DNA from: Amoeboaphelidium occidentale | Lineage: Eukaryota | Length of the DNA: 64,000 bases | Direction of reading: 5' to 3' | Assembly: GCA_023515795.1 (NCBI GenBank) | Contig: JALGPX010000002.1 | Location: 62,001 to 126,000, forward strand | In this document: one piece after another, positions 1-10,316 of the stretch | Layout of the letters: every line of letters begins with the position of its first letter | Position numbering within the stretch: the first letter of the stretch is position 1 | Notes under the pieces: model-generated | What the model was told of the DNA's origin: nothing | Database searches by the model: none | Seen by the model: only the letters and a program-made list of their open reading frames with translations | Position numbers and translations under genes: made by a program

Positions 1-239
1 GTGCCCAAAATAGCAGCATTAAGAGATGAGCTCATGTGATCAAAACCCTCATTAACAGTATCCCTATTTGATGATGTTTCAGAGGCAGCATTTTCAGATG
101 ATGGCGCTGTCAAGGTTGAAACAGATGGTGATATTTCTGTTGAGCCAAGCTGAGCGCCAAGATCATGGACACTGCCACGAGTTGCGCCATTTAAAGCTGG
201 TAATGCAGCGGCATTGTTCTTGTTGGAAGTAGAACTCAT
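1..239 (-). CDS. 5' end of an unidentified protein (Ser/Ala-rich N-terminus); runs off the window
   Basis: ATG at 239 opens MSSTSNKNNAAALPALNGATRGSVHDLGAQLG..., with no stop before the window edge. Confidence 0.6.
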   Translation of the reverse strand, partial: MSSTSNKNNAAALPALNGATRGSVHDLGAQLGSTEISPSVSTLTAPSSENAASETSSNRDTVNEGFDHMSSSLNAAILG

Positions 240-629
240 AATTGCGAATCAATTGGAAAAGGATTTGAAGAAACTGAGTTTCAAAAAACTTGGCGCCTTC
301 TCACGAGGCTGTTTCAATGATATTTTTATCCAATCGTCATCTTTTAAAATCATTCTTTCCGCAGAAGCTATCGGATTCGCTGGTATATTTATAGAACCGA
401 CTTTTCGCTGACAAACTTGAGTTTCGAAGTGCCTAAGAGTGGAGGTTGATGTCGAGGGGTTCCGTAAAAACTTGGCGATTTTCTTGTTTCAACAAGTTTA
501 GAATAGATAGAAACGTAAGGGTTACGCAACATGGCTTCTCCTGATCCCGTCCTGTGGCAAAAGCTTTTCTACAAATGTATAGGTACCATCAGTTCTATTT
601 AGACAATCATACCACCATAAATTAGAGGA

Positions 630-3590
630 CTAGAAGTCGCGGCTTTCATTATCAATGGGAGGGTTTCCATGCGCGTTTGCTATCTCCAAAAACTCATCAA
701 CTAGACGTTGGACCGCGATATCAATAGCTTCGATCTCATCCTTAATTTTCTGAGCCTTTTGTAGCTCGGTCTTCATTTTACTTTTAAATTGTTTCTTGTA
801 GAAGTCTGTGCGTGCCAAAATTTTCTCCTCCTTTTCTGACAGAGGTTCATTTTCTATAGACCACCATTCTGGAGCGACCGGCATTGATGGTGTTGGGTTA
901 TTGGAGTGAATGTTTGAGGAAATAGATTCATACTTGCTGCCCAGTGACCAAACTTGAAGATATAGCAGACCAGCAAATATTAAAAACAGAAAAGATATCC
1001 ATGGCGACCACTCAAGGATGAACTCCGATAATTCATTAAAAGCTTCTCGAATGGCGGACTTTTTGGTAACAACTGCTGACACTTTTTGTGAATCGCTTTT
1101 AGAAGATTCTCCCGTGTTCTTTGCAGAGAGTTTCAAGCTTTCTGCAAATGCCTTGCAGTCATTCATCAAAACCTGTTCAAAGAGACTCCAATGCGATTTA
1201 GAGCTCTCATAGAGAACCTTTTCTATCGGAGCTTTGAACAAAGAATTGGCTTGTTTGCCCATATCAATCTCCCAGCCAACCAGTAATCTACATTCGTTGT
1301 CGCTGACTCTCATTAAGCACTGAGACGTCAAAACATTGATAAGACTTCCTATTATTGGAACAGATGTGCATTCCCTCACACAGATGTACTGTGTCGCGTC
1401 TTTCTTTGTGTAATTCTGAGAAACTGTGCATCGAACAGAATTATATAGCGGAGGGATTCTTAAAGGATAATTATACTCCAGCTTTCTTGCCTCTGTGACT
1501 TTAAACTCCTTCTCTGTCTTTTCCCAATTTGACACTTTAACAGACTCCATCCCTCTTGATGTGAATATTTTCTCAAAAAATGCGGGGGAACCATACAAAA
1601 ACCCAGCAAGTGTCACCAAAGATACAGGAAACACTTTATCCACAAGAATTATGCTACAATGATCATGACAGTCACAAAATGAAGCAGGCTTCTGCTTTTT
1701 AGGAGCCAAAGCCTCTGAAGATCTCTTTTTTGACGACTTTCTAGAACTACCCACAATGTCACCGAGTTTCAAAGCTTTAGAACTTTTGTTTCTCTTGAGT
1801 ATTTTTTCAATGTTCGACATTTTATACTTGCCTGACTGTCTGCTACTTGGCCTTGACCTCAGATACTCGGCTGAGCTTTCAGCTGCAGACTCATCATCTT
1901 GCACATAACCATCAGTGGAGGATTCATCATCATCTCCTTTCTTTAGCATCTTCTCAACGTTAGGTTTGTAAGCCTTTTTCTTTGGCTTCTTTCCAAAAAC
2001 AGCACTGTCAGATAAAGAGCCAGGAACATCCTCTCCGTTGCCTTTAGTTGGCATCATCGGTGGCCTGCCTGAATTTGTAAATCTACGCTGATTCTCCACA
2101 GGCGATAACATTCCATTTGGAGGGACTGGTGATGTAGCTCTGAGAGGCTTGTAAGGTTTGCTTTCAGAACCAACAACATCGTTAGATTCTGAAAATGAGT
2201 TAGGGTCCATACTACCTTCATCAGAAAATGTATCATTATTGTCAGATAAAACATTAGAATTAGATTTATCAGCTGAAGACGGTTTCGATGGTGAAAATGG
2301 AATCCCATCAATATCATCGCCCATAGCATGTCTCCACAATTTTACTAAAGCGATGTACGCAGGTTCCCTGTACATAAAAGATGTAAACAAGTATTTGGAG
2401 TGCAGTGTTGTGATGTGAATTGCATTCGGTATAACATATGCTGTCATCCGTCGTTCAATAGCCAAAACATCAGTGAGACTTATAACCAAATTTGTGACCC
2501 AGCCGAAGATGTTGGAGTTAAAACACATATGACCTCTTGAAATGTACAATCTTCCTTGTACGATAATATCTTTCTGAAGAGCGCATGAAAAATCTTCAAT
2601 AAGTGGGTCATCCTCAGGAACAGACCTAAATAAGGCGTGAAACTCTTGGTTTCGACGATCTGATGCCAATTGCAATGAAGTGAATTCAACAGATGGCAGA
2701 TACTGACTTTGAGCAGACGTTGAAACATTTGATAAGCTCCTATTCGTTCTTTTAAAAGGATATTGAGCGGACTGCGTGCCTTCTTCTATGTTTAAACCCT
2801 TTTCCATTTTCCCAGTAGCCGCAAGCTGACGCGAAAGGGCTGAAGTATCAATAAGAAGTTCTCGATTAGGTGCTGCCTTAGTGGGAGATCCTGAAGGCGT
2901 TAAAACTGGAGTTTTAAGACCATCACTGTCGTTATCAGAGTTGCAAATATTCACGATGCCTTCATGTGAGGCAGCTTTTCGTTGCAAACCTGCACCAGAG
3001 GGCATCACACCATCCGCTGATTTTGCAGTTTTAAACGAAGACATCGATGTACTTTGAACTATGCGCTTCATGCTTGTAGTCGGAGATGCATCTTTGCTCA
3101 CGAGACTTCTGCTGTGCCGTACCTGTTCCGTCGCAGCATCATCAAAAGAGGGTTTCTTGGACAAAGGCTTCTGTGACAACTTTGGTGACGACCCTTTCAC
3201 TGCAGCGGATTCCAAAGTCTCCATTAAAATCTTTGTTGAAGAAGCAGAAGCATTTTGCAGAATCGTGGAATGCGGTTCAGCATGCGTATTGACCGAAACG
3301 TGTGGTTCAACCGAAGAGGAAAGAAACCCTGAGGCAGAAGGCAATGAACTTGGCATTGTAAAGCTTCTCAAAGAATCTGGGCTCCTTCTTAAAACATGTT
3401 TTCTTGTTGGCTCTGACTTGTCAGTTGCGCCAGAAGCTTCTGTAATTGAAGGATTGTACATAACCAACGGAGATGATGACGTAGACACAACGTTAGAGTA
3501 GCTGACCATGTTCGATAACTTTTCAGAGGTCATGGCCTCTTCCGGCTTCTGTAGAGGTGGCGTATCAAGTTTATTTTCTTCGGTGTTCAT
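630..3590 (-). CDS. LAM/Ysp2/GRAMD1-family sterol transfer protein (GRAM + VASt/StARkin-like domain + C-terminal TM)
   Basis: GRAM motif RNQEFHALFRSVPEDDPLIEDFSCALQKDIIVQGRLYIS...FNSNIFGW; VASt-like region after CDCHDH; TM WISFLFLIFAGLLYLQVW. First ATG is 3590 (the ORF track starts at a non-ATG codon, 3635). Confidence 0.88.
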   Translation of the reverse strand: MNTEENKLDTPPLQKPEEAMTSEKLSNMVSYSNVVSTSSSPLVMYNPSITEASGATDKSEPTRKHVLRRSPDSLRSFTMPSSLPSASGFLSSSVEPHVSVNTHAEPHSTILQNASASSTKILMETLESAAVKGSSPKLSQKPLSKKPSFDDAATEQVRHSRSLVSKDASPTTSMKRIVQSTSMSSFKTAKSADGVMPSGAGLQRKAASHEGIVNICNSDNDSDGLKTPVLTPSGSPTKAAPNRELLIDTSALSRQLAATGKMEKGLNIEEGTQSAQYPFKRTNRSLSNVSTSAQSQYLPSVEFTSLQLASDRRNQEFHALFRSVPEDDPLIEDFSCALQKDIIVQGRLYISRGHMCFNSNIFGWVTNLVISLTDVLAIERRMTAYVIPNAIHITTLHSKYLFTSFMYREPAYIALVKLWRHAMGDDIDGIPFSPSKPSSADKSNSNVLSDNNDTFSDEGSMDPNSFSESNDVVGSESKPYKPLRATSPVPPNGMLSPVENQRRFTNSGRPPMMPTKGNGEDVPGSLSDSAVFGKKPKKKAYKPNVEKMLKKGDDDESSTDGYVQDDESAAESSAEYLRSRPSSRQSGKYKMSNIEKILKRNKSSKALKLGDIVGSSRKSSKKRSSEALAPKKQKPASFCDCHDHCSIILVDKVFPVSLVTLAGFLYGSPAFFEKIFTSRGMESVKVSNWEKTEKEFKVTEARKLEYNYPLRIPPLYNSVRCTVSQNYTKKDATQYICVRECTSVPIIGSLINVLTSQCLMRVSDNECRLLVGWEIDMGKQANSLFKAPIEKVLYESSKSHWSLFEQVLMNDCKAFAESLKLSAKNTGESSKSDSQKVSAVVTKKSAIREAFNELSEFILEWSPWISFLFLIFAGLLYLQVWSLGSKYESISSNIHSNNPTPSMPVAPEWWSIENEPLSEKEEKILARTDFYKKQFKSKMKTELQKAQKIKDEIEAIDIAVQRLVDEFLEIANAHGNPPIDNESRDF

Positions 3591-3631
3591 CGTTAGAAGC
3601 GCTGCAACAAGAAACTTCACAAAAAGCGCGG

Positions 3632-4927
3632 TCAAGCAGATTCGCTGCCTGTCGACCCGTCCGAAATATCAGACTCCTCTTCTGCCTCTTCTGAACCATT
3701 TGAAACAAGTTTTCTTTTAGCATTTAGCCACTTCTTGTATCGTTTGTTCATTTTAGTTCTCTTTGTTTCATCAAAGTTCTCCATTGAAAATGATATAACC
3801 AAGTTCTTCGCATCAATACGCCAACCTAAATCTTTGATAGCAATATAAGGGATGATTCCGTGATCTTCTCCGCGAAACATCAATTGCGTTAAATCGTTGC
3901 GAAGATTAGTTTCAAACTGTCTCATTACAAGCTGTATTTGGAAAGCGATCTCTTCGTGAATTGCATCAGAAATTGCGTTAGCAAATGCCCACGTGAAACG
4001 ATCACAAACAAAGTTCCCAATGTTTGATAGAAATCCTTGAGATTTGCCATACTCATCCATGAACCTGATTTTTATATCACCAAAGAAGCCACCTGACTTA
4101 CCATCGTCAATAATCGGTACTACTATTGGCTTTCCTGTTTTCTTATCATACGAGAAGTGCATGGGGAATATCATGACCGAGTTTCTGGATCTTATCCATG
4201 CATGACCAACTCTGTTCATGAACTTGTACCGAGTAGTGAATTGGACGTTCAAACCGCGCAAAGCCACAATGAGCTTACCGTCTTCAATAAAAATGGTTTG
4301 CTTGTAATGCGTCATAACTTCTTCCAACTGATCCTTGCTAAATCGTGCTTGAATTGAACCTGGCAGCTCTTTCGAGATAAGACAACCATCACTTTGAGAA
4401 TCAGCTTGTGCTTGATCACTAAAGCTTCCGTTTGCATGTTCGCGGCTCGGCTCGATTCTGATATTATCAGTACTGTTTTCGTGATAATAATAGTGATATG
4501 GGCCATACCTTTCCTCTTCTGGGAATGCCTTCATAGCGCCCCTATATGCAGATTGTTTCAATGGCGCAAACACTGCGTCCTGAACTTGCAATGTGTCCAG
4601 TCTCAAGATAGACTTGACAGCTTGCTTGTTTCTTGTTCTTTTCACGTATCTGTTGAAGTCGAAACCAGGAATTACACGGTCTTTGAATCTCAAAGCAAGA
4701 TCTTCAATGCGATAACTTGTCAGAAGTTCAGCCAAAAACTTTTCGCTCTTGATTAACTGGAATCCCACGTTGGTTCTGATGTGAGGAGGTGTAGACCAAA
4801 TGAATGCGATCGGTGAAGGGTTTGTTTCATTCAACCTCTCGAACAAGAATTGCTCTCTAGCAGAGAACTTTTCCATAGTAATGCATAACGCGCAAGAAAT
4901 AATAAATGCAAGTACAATTAATTTCAT
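3632..4927 (-). CDS. Secreted protein, putative BPI/LBP (TULIP)-like lipid-binding fold
   Basis: 431-aa intronless ORF; signal peptide MKLIVLAFIISCALC; BPI-N-like pattern by eye (NVGFQLIKSEKFL...RFKDRVIPGF; GKPIV; FLSNIGNF...AISDAIHEEI). Confidence 0.6.
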   Translation of the reverse strand: MKLIVLAFIISCALCITMEKFSAREQFLFERLNETNPSPIAFIWSTPPHIRTNVGFQLIKSEKFLAELLTSYRIEDLALRFKDRVIPGFDFNRYVKRTRNKQAVKSILRLDTLQVQDAVFAPLKQSAYRGAMKAFPEEERYGPYHYYYHENSTDNIRIEPSREHANGSFSDQAQADSQSDGCLISKELPGSIQARFSKDQLEEVMTHYKQTIFIEDGKLIVALRGLNVQFTTRYKFMNRVGHAWIRSRNSVMIFPMHFSYDKKTGKPIVVPIIDDGKSGGFFGDIKIRFMDEYGKSQGFLSNIGNFVCDRFTWAFANAISDAIHEEIAFQIQLVMRQFETNLRNDLTQLMFRGEDHGIIPYIAIKDLGWRIDAKNLVISFSMENFDETKRTKMNKRYKKWLNAKRKLVSNGSEEAEEESDISDGSTGSESA

Positions 4928-5045
4928 TTAAAGTAGTTTTTGACAAAAAGATCAAACTGCATGACATGACATATAAGTTCTATAAGGGGTGCAATCACAT
5001 GGGTAGAATAAGGAGGAAAACCAGATTTTATTCATTTTGTAAAGT

Positions 5046-6143
5046 ATGCATCTTGTTCAATTATTTTACGTGCTACTCTCTTGCTTAATGCTGGCTATCA
5101 AGGCTGATGATGTATACAGAATGAAATATGATCCTGCTGACTTAATCAGCTCAAAACCAACGTTTCAATTCGTTGCACACAAAGAAGGTTTCATAAATCC
5201 ATCTAAAGACTTCTTTATCGACTGGCTTTTTTCAAGGGTTCAACCTGACGTTCCTGGGACTGAGAGGTGGCGATCTTTGGTTGATCGATTCTTGACGCCA
5301 AAATTCCCGTACAAACTCGACTATGGCATAAGTGTCAAAGACATCAATATTCATGAATTCGAGCGCCCAGATATGGAAGATTTTAATGTCGAGCTACGTG
5401 CGGTAAGCATTGGTATTATTGCGAAAGCTGCTCTGAACGTCACGGTATATTTGGACATTGAAGGAGAGAAGAACACCTCAAGTTTCAATGTTGCATGCAA
5501 AAAACTTGAAGCTGATGTAGATATCAAAACAACATATCCGGAGAAAACAACATCCTTCAAGAACCCTATAACAAACGCAACAGATTTGAGACAATGCGCA
5601 ACACCTCAGATTGATGTCAACATCAAGAAATTTGACTGCGGCCCTAATGGAGGTTACTTCAAATATTCCGGCAGTCCATTCTTCAGCAGAGGAAGTACAT
5701 GGACTAATCGCGCGTTCACACTACTAGGAAATCCGAAGGTACTTGGCTGGGCTCAAATGTCTCTCAGGAACATGATTCAGTCATACTCAAAGCAGATGAA
5801 TAACTTTATTATGAAGCGATCTAATGATCTATTGGTACAATTGGATCGTGTCGCAGAAATTAATGGTGTTGATTTGGACTTGGCCAAAGGGTTCTGTCAG
5901 AGGAATGTCCATCTCGTTTTGGAGCAGTATTCTCAGAGAATTCTTTACCATGCAGAAGGCGCTACTTACGAAAGTTGGCGCCCTGTTGTTGGTAGTGAAG
6001 AATACAAGAAGCGTTTTGACTCCACAATTCATTCCACGTGGTATGTGCCACCAGAGACAAGAAAAGAACCTGTGCCTTTCTGGACAAAAGTTCAAAACGG
6101 CTGGAAAAGCTTTACTTCTTGGATATCAAGTTGGTTTCAATAA
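5046..6143 (+). CDS. Secreted protein, putative BPI/LBP (TULIP)-like lipid-binding fold
   Basis: 365-aa intronless ORF; signal peptide MHLVQLFYVLLSCLMLAIKA; BPI-N-like pattern by eye (KPTFQFVAHKEGF...VQPDVPG; ISVKDINIHEFERP; TPQIDV..FDC). Confidence 0.6.
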   Translation: MHLVQLFYVLLSCLMLAIKADDVYRMKYDPADLISSKPTFQFVAHKEGFINPSKDFFIDWLFSRVQPDVPGTERWRSLVDRFLTPKFPYKLDYGISVKDINIHEFERPDMEDFNVELRAVSIGIIAKAALNVTVYLDIEGEKNTSSFNVACKKLEADVDIKTTYPEKTTSFKNPITNATDLRQCATPQIDVNIKKFDCGPNGGYFKYSGSPFFSRGSTWTNRAFTLLGNPKVLGWAQMSLRNMIQSYSKQMNNFIMKRSNDLLVQLDRVAEINGVDLDLAKGFCQRNVHLVLEQYSQRILYHAEGATYESWRPVVGSEEYKKRFDSTIHSTWYVPPETRKEPVPFWTKVQNGWKSFTSWISSWFQ

Positions 6144-6152
6144 GGCATTAAT

Positions 6153-6683
6153 TTATTTCTTTTCTTCTGAATTAAATAGAGTTATTCTATCAAACACAGC
6201 ATCAACTGCATGCTCAATAGGATGATCGAAAAGGAAAGGCAAGGCAGGCACCAAAGCTAAACCAGCCATAGTTGGTCCCCATTTCTGAAATTTCCCTATT
6301 CTTTGTGTTATTTTCTGAAACAGGTGAACTTGAGTGTGAATCGTTATAGCAGGAAGTATCATAGAAGCAAGACTTTGAAAGATACCACGCTTGACGACAG
6401 TCTCTGTAACTTTTGAAGGAGAATCCCCATTCTGATAAGACTTGTAACCCTCGGTGGAAACATCGTAGAGAACGTAGCCCCATGATAATGCATATGCGGC
6501 GTTAACGACACGCTTTTGAACAACAGGGCGGAATGCTTCACCAAAATCCGAGGAATAAGCCAAATATCGCTTAGCTGAGAAGAGAATAGTTTTGACTCTC
6601 GCGCTGTACCCAATGTATCTAATTGCGGAGTCCGTTGTGGAATGTTCCTCGCTTTTCTCGTGCTCAAGAGGTTCAACGGTCAT
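6153..6683 (-). CDS. MTFP1: Mitochondrial fission process protein 1 (MTP18 family)
   Basis: RYLAYSSDFGEAFRPVV, FQSLASMILPAITIH and LPFLFDHPIEHAVD signatures. Confidence 0.92.
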   Translation of the reverse strand: MTVEPLEHEKSEEHSTTDSAIRYIGYSARVKTILFSAKRYLAYSSDFGEAFRPVVQKRVVNAAYALSWGYVLYDVSTEGYKSYQNGDSPSKVTETVVKRGIFQSLASMILPAITIHTQVHLFQKITQRIGKFQKWGPTMAGLALVPALPFLFDHPIEHAVDAVFDRITLFNSEEKK

Positions 6684-6729
6684 TTATCAGAGACAAAGTA
6701 GCAAAAGTTTTATTGCGCAGAGCTCCAGC

Positions 6730-7596
6730 TCAATTTTTGTACTTCTTAATGAGGGACTTATACCTTTCGACTCTCGCTTTCTGGTCAACTTCCTTGTCTT
6801 CTTTTGAGCCTTTGATTTTGGATCGAATGTTCAAAGAGACTCTTCTATACAAGTTTCCAATAGCAGAACCAACAGAACCGAGTTTCATATTACTACCACT
6901 GGTCTTGGTACTTGCTGTATCAGAATCGACATTTTTCTTACTGAAGAAACGGTTATCTTTAACGTATGATGATGAAGATCTTGATAAGTTAGTGTTTGAA
7001 CTATTCAAACTATCTGTAGAGTAATCTTTCGTGATATTTCCGAGATTATTCAATGGTTTAGCCTTATGCAAGGCGGTACCGTTTCCACTGACATGTTTGA
7101 CTTCGCCAATTGGACCGGAAATAACGAACTCGACTTTTGGGTGCCGTGGAGGTCTTACAGGCCTCTGAGACTGCGGTTCATCTCTGCACTCTGTGAACAT
7201 AAACGATGCCCTGCTCTTATTCGCTACTTTCTTTGCAGACATGCTCTTTGAGTTGATATCTTGCGCATCTCGATTATCATTAATTTTCCTTGATACAGTT
7301 GATGCAGGTGGTAATTCGATTGTAATTGGAACAGGATCATCTCCAGCTTTAATCTTACTAACTGTTCTTGTGACTATATCGGTCTTTTTTGGACGATCTT
7401 CGTGTATATCTGTTGCATCAACACCAAGATCATTCATCAATGCTACCAAGTAATCCTCTGACAATTCCTCATTTATTAATGGATCTAACAATTCATTAGA
7501 TTCCTCAAGATCAAAGTTACTTTCAGCTTTCAGTGCCTTTGATGGATTACAAGAGAGCATTTCCTTATGTTGAGAATGTGAGAAAGAAAGCACCAT
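6730..7596 (-). CDS. Hypothetical low-complexity protein with a degenerate CRIB-like motif
   Basis: 288-aa ORF; segment FVISGPIGEVKHVSG. Confidence 0.65.
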   Translation of the reverse strand: MVLSFSHSQHKEMLSCNPSKALKAESNFDLEESNELLDPLINEELSEDYLVALMNDLGVDATDIHEDRPKKTDIVTRTVSKIKAGDDPVPITIELPPASTVSRKINDNRDAQDINSKSMSAKKVANKSRASFMFTECRDEPQSQRPVRPPRHPKVEFVISGPIGEVKHVSGNGTALHKAKPLNNLGNITKDYSTDSLNSSNTNLSRSSSSYVKDNRFFSKKNVDSDTASTKTSGSNMKLGSVGSAIGNLYRRVSLNIRSKIKGSKEDKEVDQKARVERYKSLIKKYKN

Positions 7597-7606
7597 AGCA
7601 ACGGTG

Positions 7607-8527
7607 TTAATCGTCTTTCACGGAAACAGTGACAGAAGTCAACTTTGCGTAAATTTTAAGCACCGCGTCATAATTGGGTCTCTTTGGAGGGAAAGGAATA
7701 ACTCTTACTCGTTGATCTGCAGCTTCGAAGGTTCTAGTAGAGTGAATGGTCTGTCTGTTGAAACCAGGCGCGCTCATCCAAATCAACGAGGAATTATCAA
7801 TATACTTCTGCCATGACTTCAGCAACTGGGTGACTTCTTCATCAAGCTTCTTTTCATTCTGTCTTCGTATTGAGGAACCGGCGCTTTTGATGGACTTCGC
7901 CTTATCTTTCGACCTCTGAGAACCTCCCTGCTTCTTTCTGACAGTATACTTATGCAAAGTCTTGTGCACTTCGACTTTGGAGCCATTCAAATTATTAAAG
8001 ACACAACCAGCAAAGTGACCACCAGACATCAAAAGAAAAGTCCAGTAAGGTTTAGAGGTTCGAGTGTTGTCTAGTAATTTTAAAAGCCTCAACGCACTAG
8101 GAACTTTTGTCTCTTCGTACTTTTCTATCTTTGCAGGCGGATAAAGAATACATTTGTAAACGTAGAAGCTGGTGGTTTTGGTTTCGTTTAAGAACTTGAT
8201 GACATGAACATCCAATTCCTCTTGATTATCTGCGCCATCACCGTCCTGTTCACTATCGTATTCGCTATCATCGGACACATCTGATACTTCTGTGGCGTCC
8301 TGCTTTCTTTTGATTCCATCAGCGTGTTCAGGCGACTTGTAATGATTTCTTTGCTCTTCCAGAGTATCGAAGCTCAATTCACAAATCGCGCATGATCTTG
8401 TCCCACTCACAATAGCCGGAGTACTCTCACGTTCCGGAGGGGCATCAGCGATTTCCGCTATGGCCTTTTCCTGTTGTAAAATATGAATTATGTTCGGCGG
8501 AAGTTTAAACAAGTGATATGCGCTCAT
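7607..8527 (-). CDS. VMS1: Vms1/ANKZF1-type VLRF1 peptidyl-tRNA release factor, short form
   Basis: C2H2 finger CAICELSF...QRNHYKSPEH; GGHFAGCVF; HKTLHKYTVRKKQGGSQ; SAGSSIRRQNE; RVIPFPPKRP. Confidence 0.9.
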   Translation of the reverse strand: MSAYHLFKLPPNIIHILQQEKAIAEIADAPPERESTPAIVSGTRSCAICELSFDTLEEQRNHYKSPEHADGIKRKQDATEVSDVSDDSEYDSEQDGDGADNQEELDVHVIKFLNETKTTSFYVYKCILYPPAKIEKYEETKVPSALRLLKLLDNTRTSKPYWTFLLMSGGHFAGCVFNNLNGSKVEVHKTLHKYTVRKKQGGSQRSKDKAKSIKSAGSSIRRQNEKKLDEEVTQLLKSWQKYIDNSSLIWMSAPGFNRQTIHSTRTFEAADQRVRVIPFPPKRPNYDAVLKIYAKLTSVTVSVKDD

Positions 8528-8563
8528 GATGATTCCACAAAGAAAATCTGTATCATGATAGTT

Positions 8564-10295
8564 CTATTCGCCTTTTGGCTGAGAGTACCACCAAAGTTTA
8601 ACAGTAAAATCGTCTGAACAACTTATCCATTTTGATGTCGTGGGGTTGTAAGCTGCTTCATAAACCGTGCCTTCATGCCCTTTCAATTTCTGCAGATGTT
8701 CTCCTTGCATGTTCCAAATGTACACCATTCCATCTTCACTACCAGAAAATATCATGGAAGGTGAAGCAAACCCTGCTTTAATGAAATTCTTGCTAGTGTT
8801 CTGATGACCTTTAAACCGCCTGATGGGTCTAATCATTCTTATGTCCCATAATCGACAAGAATTGTCTTTCGAAGAGCTTAAAAGCTGCGAGCCTTGATAG
8901 TTCATTTCCACGCTGGTGACCTCGCCCAAATGCGATGATATAGTCTTTACACACAGTCCTGAACTGATATCCCAGAATTTAATAGTGGAATCTTTTGATC
9001 CCGTTATGATCAAATTGCCATATGGATTAAATATGCATGATGAGATTGAAAGCGAGTGACCAGAAAATGTTTTCAATACAGTCTCTTTTTGAATATCATA
9101 AAAGCGTACAATTTTGTCATATCCAGCAGAGGCCATGTGCAGATTTCCTGGATGAAACCTAACAGAATAAACATCTCCAGTAGCATCATCAAAAGTTGAT
9201 ACACAAGTAGTTTTGTGATGTTTCAAATCCCATACTTTGACTGATGTGTCTCCACTAGCTGTAGCTGCAAGGGAACCATTAGAAGTAGATGCAACACTCC
9301 AAATTCTTGACGTATGGCCTTCTAAGATACTTGTACATTGACCACTTTCTACGTTCCAAATGCGAGCAGTATTATCACTAGAACCACTTATAAAATACTC
9401 GCCACCTTCAATCCAAGCAACAGTCTTGATATTCCCTTGATGCCCTATAAAGGTTTTCTGACAAGTATTAGGAACCACAAAACTCTGATAATCTTGAAGT
9501 AAAGTTGTAATTTTCGGCGCCAAAGAAGGCTGATAACGATTAGCTTCAACTTGATACGCTACAGCTTGCTGTAGCAAGTGAAGTAAACGCTTTGGTGGGA
9601 CATGCGCAATACCTTGATCAGACAAAGTATCCAGTTGCATCATATTCTGAAGCTGTTCGGCTAGCTTTTCTCTGGAAGGAACAACACCTTCCCAATTCTT
9701 GAAACTCGCAACTTCGTTAATTGACTTTGACGTGAGCAAGTAACATAAATCCCTGAACTCGTTCGGTATCGTCTCGAAATGTTCCAAAGGCTTAAGTTTC
9801 CTTGTGAGCAGCGTAAATGCCTTTTGTAGTTCGTGATGCTCAACGTATTCCATAAATTGCTGTTTGTAACAGGCGTACAGGAAACTCTTTTGGTTCCGTA
9901 AGAATGATTTACTGCTCAGCCTGTCAATTTCCTGCCATTCTCCTTCCAGAATGATCTTGCGCAACCGTTTGATCTCCTGCTGTAAATCTTCTTGCTCATG
10001 CCACTTAACATTAGCTTCATCATGCAGCACCAAGCGAGATGCATCGTATCCCTCGTCATGAAGGTACTGAAGTATCATTCTCATTATATCTTCTTTAATG
10101 TTGGGGTCCTCAGTGTTTAGCAATGCATCAGATGGCTTGACAACCACAGACGGACTTTCTTTGTAAGTTAATTCAGATCTTCAGAAAGTAAGTTGTGGGC
10201 AATTTTTAAAGGAATGCGCACCTGTTCGATGTGTCCGTTTGGGCCGATGTGCTTTTCCTAGCGACCGGCTGTGCAATTTCGTCAGCATTTATCAT
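8564..10295 (-). CDS. LisH/CTLH + WD40 repeat protein (SMU1/WDR26-like architecture), 2 exons
   Basis: ATG 10295; intron 10179-10221 (GT..AAG) joins in frame to the 527-aa ORF; LisH IMRMILQYLHDEGY; VPPKRLLHLLQQAVAYQ; seven WD repeats. Confidence 0.85.
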
Positions 10296-10316
10296 TGTCG
10301 GAATCAAAGAAAATTT

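Noticed and set aside
3591..3635. Operon-like 4-bp overlap between the 431-aa ORF and the LAM ORF
   Set aside because: Depends on a non-ATG start; the first ATG is 3590, leaving a 41-bp gap
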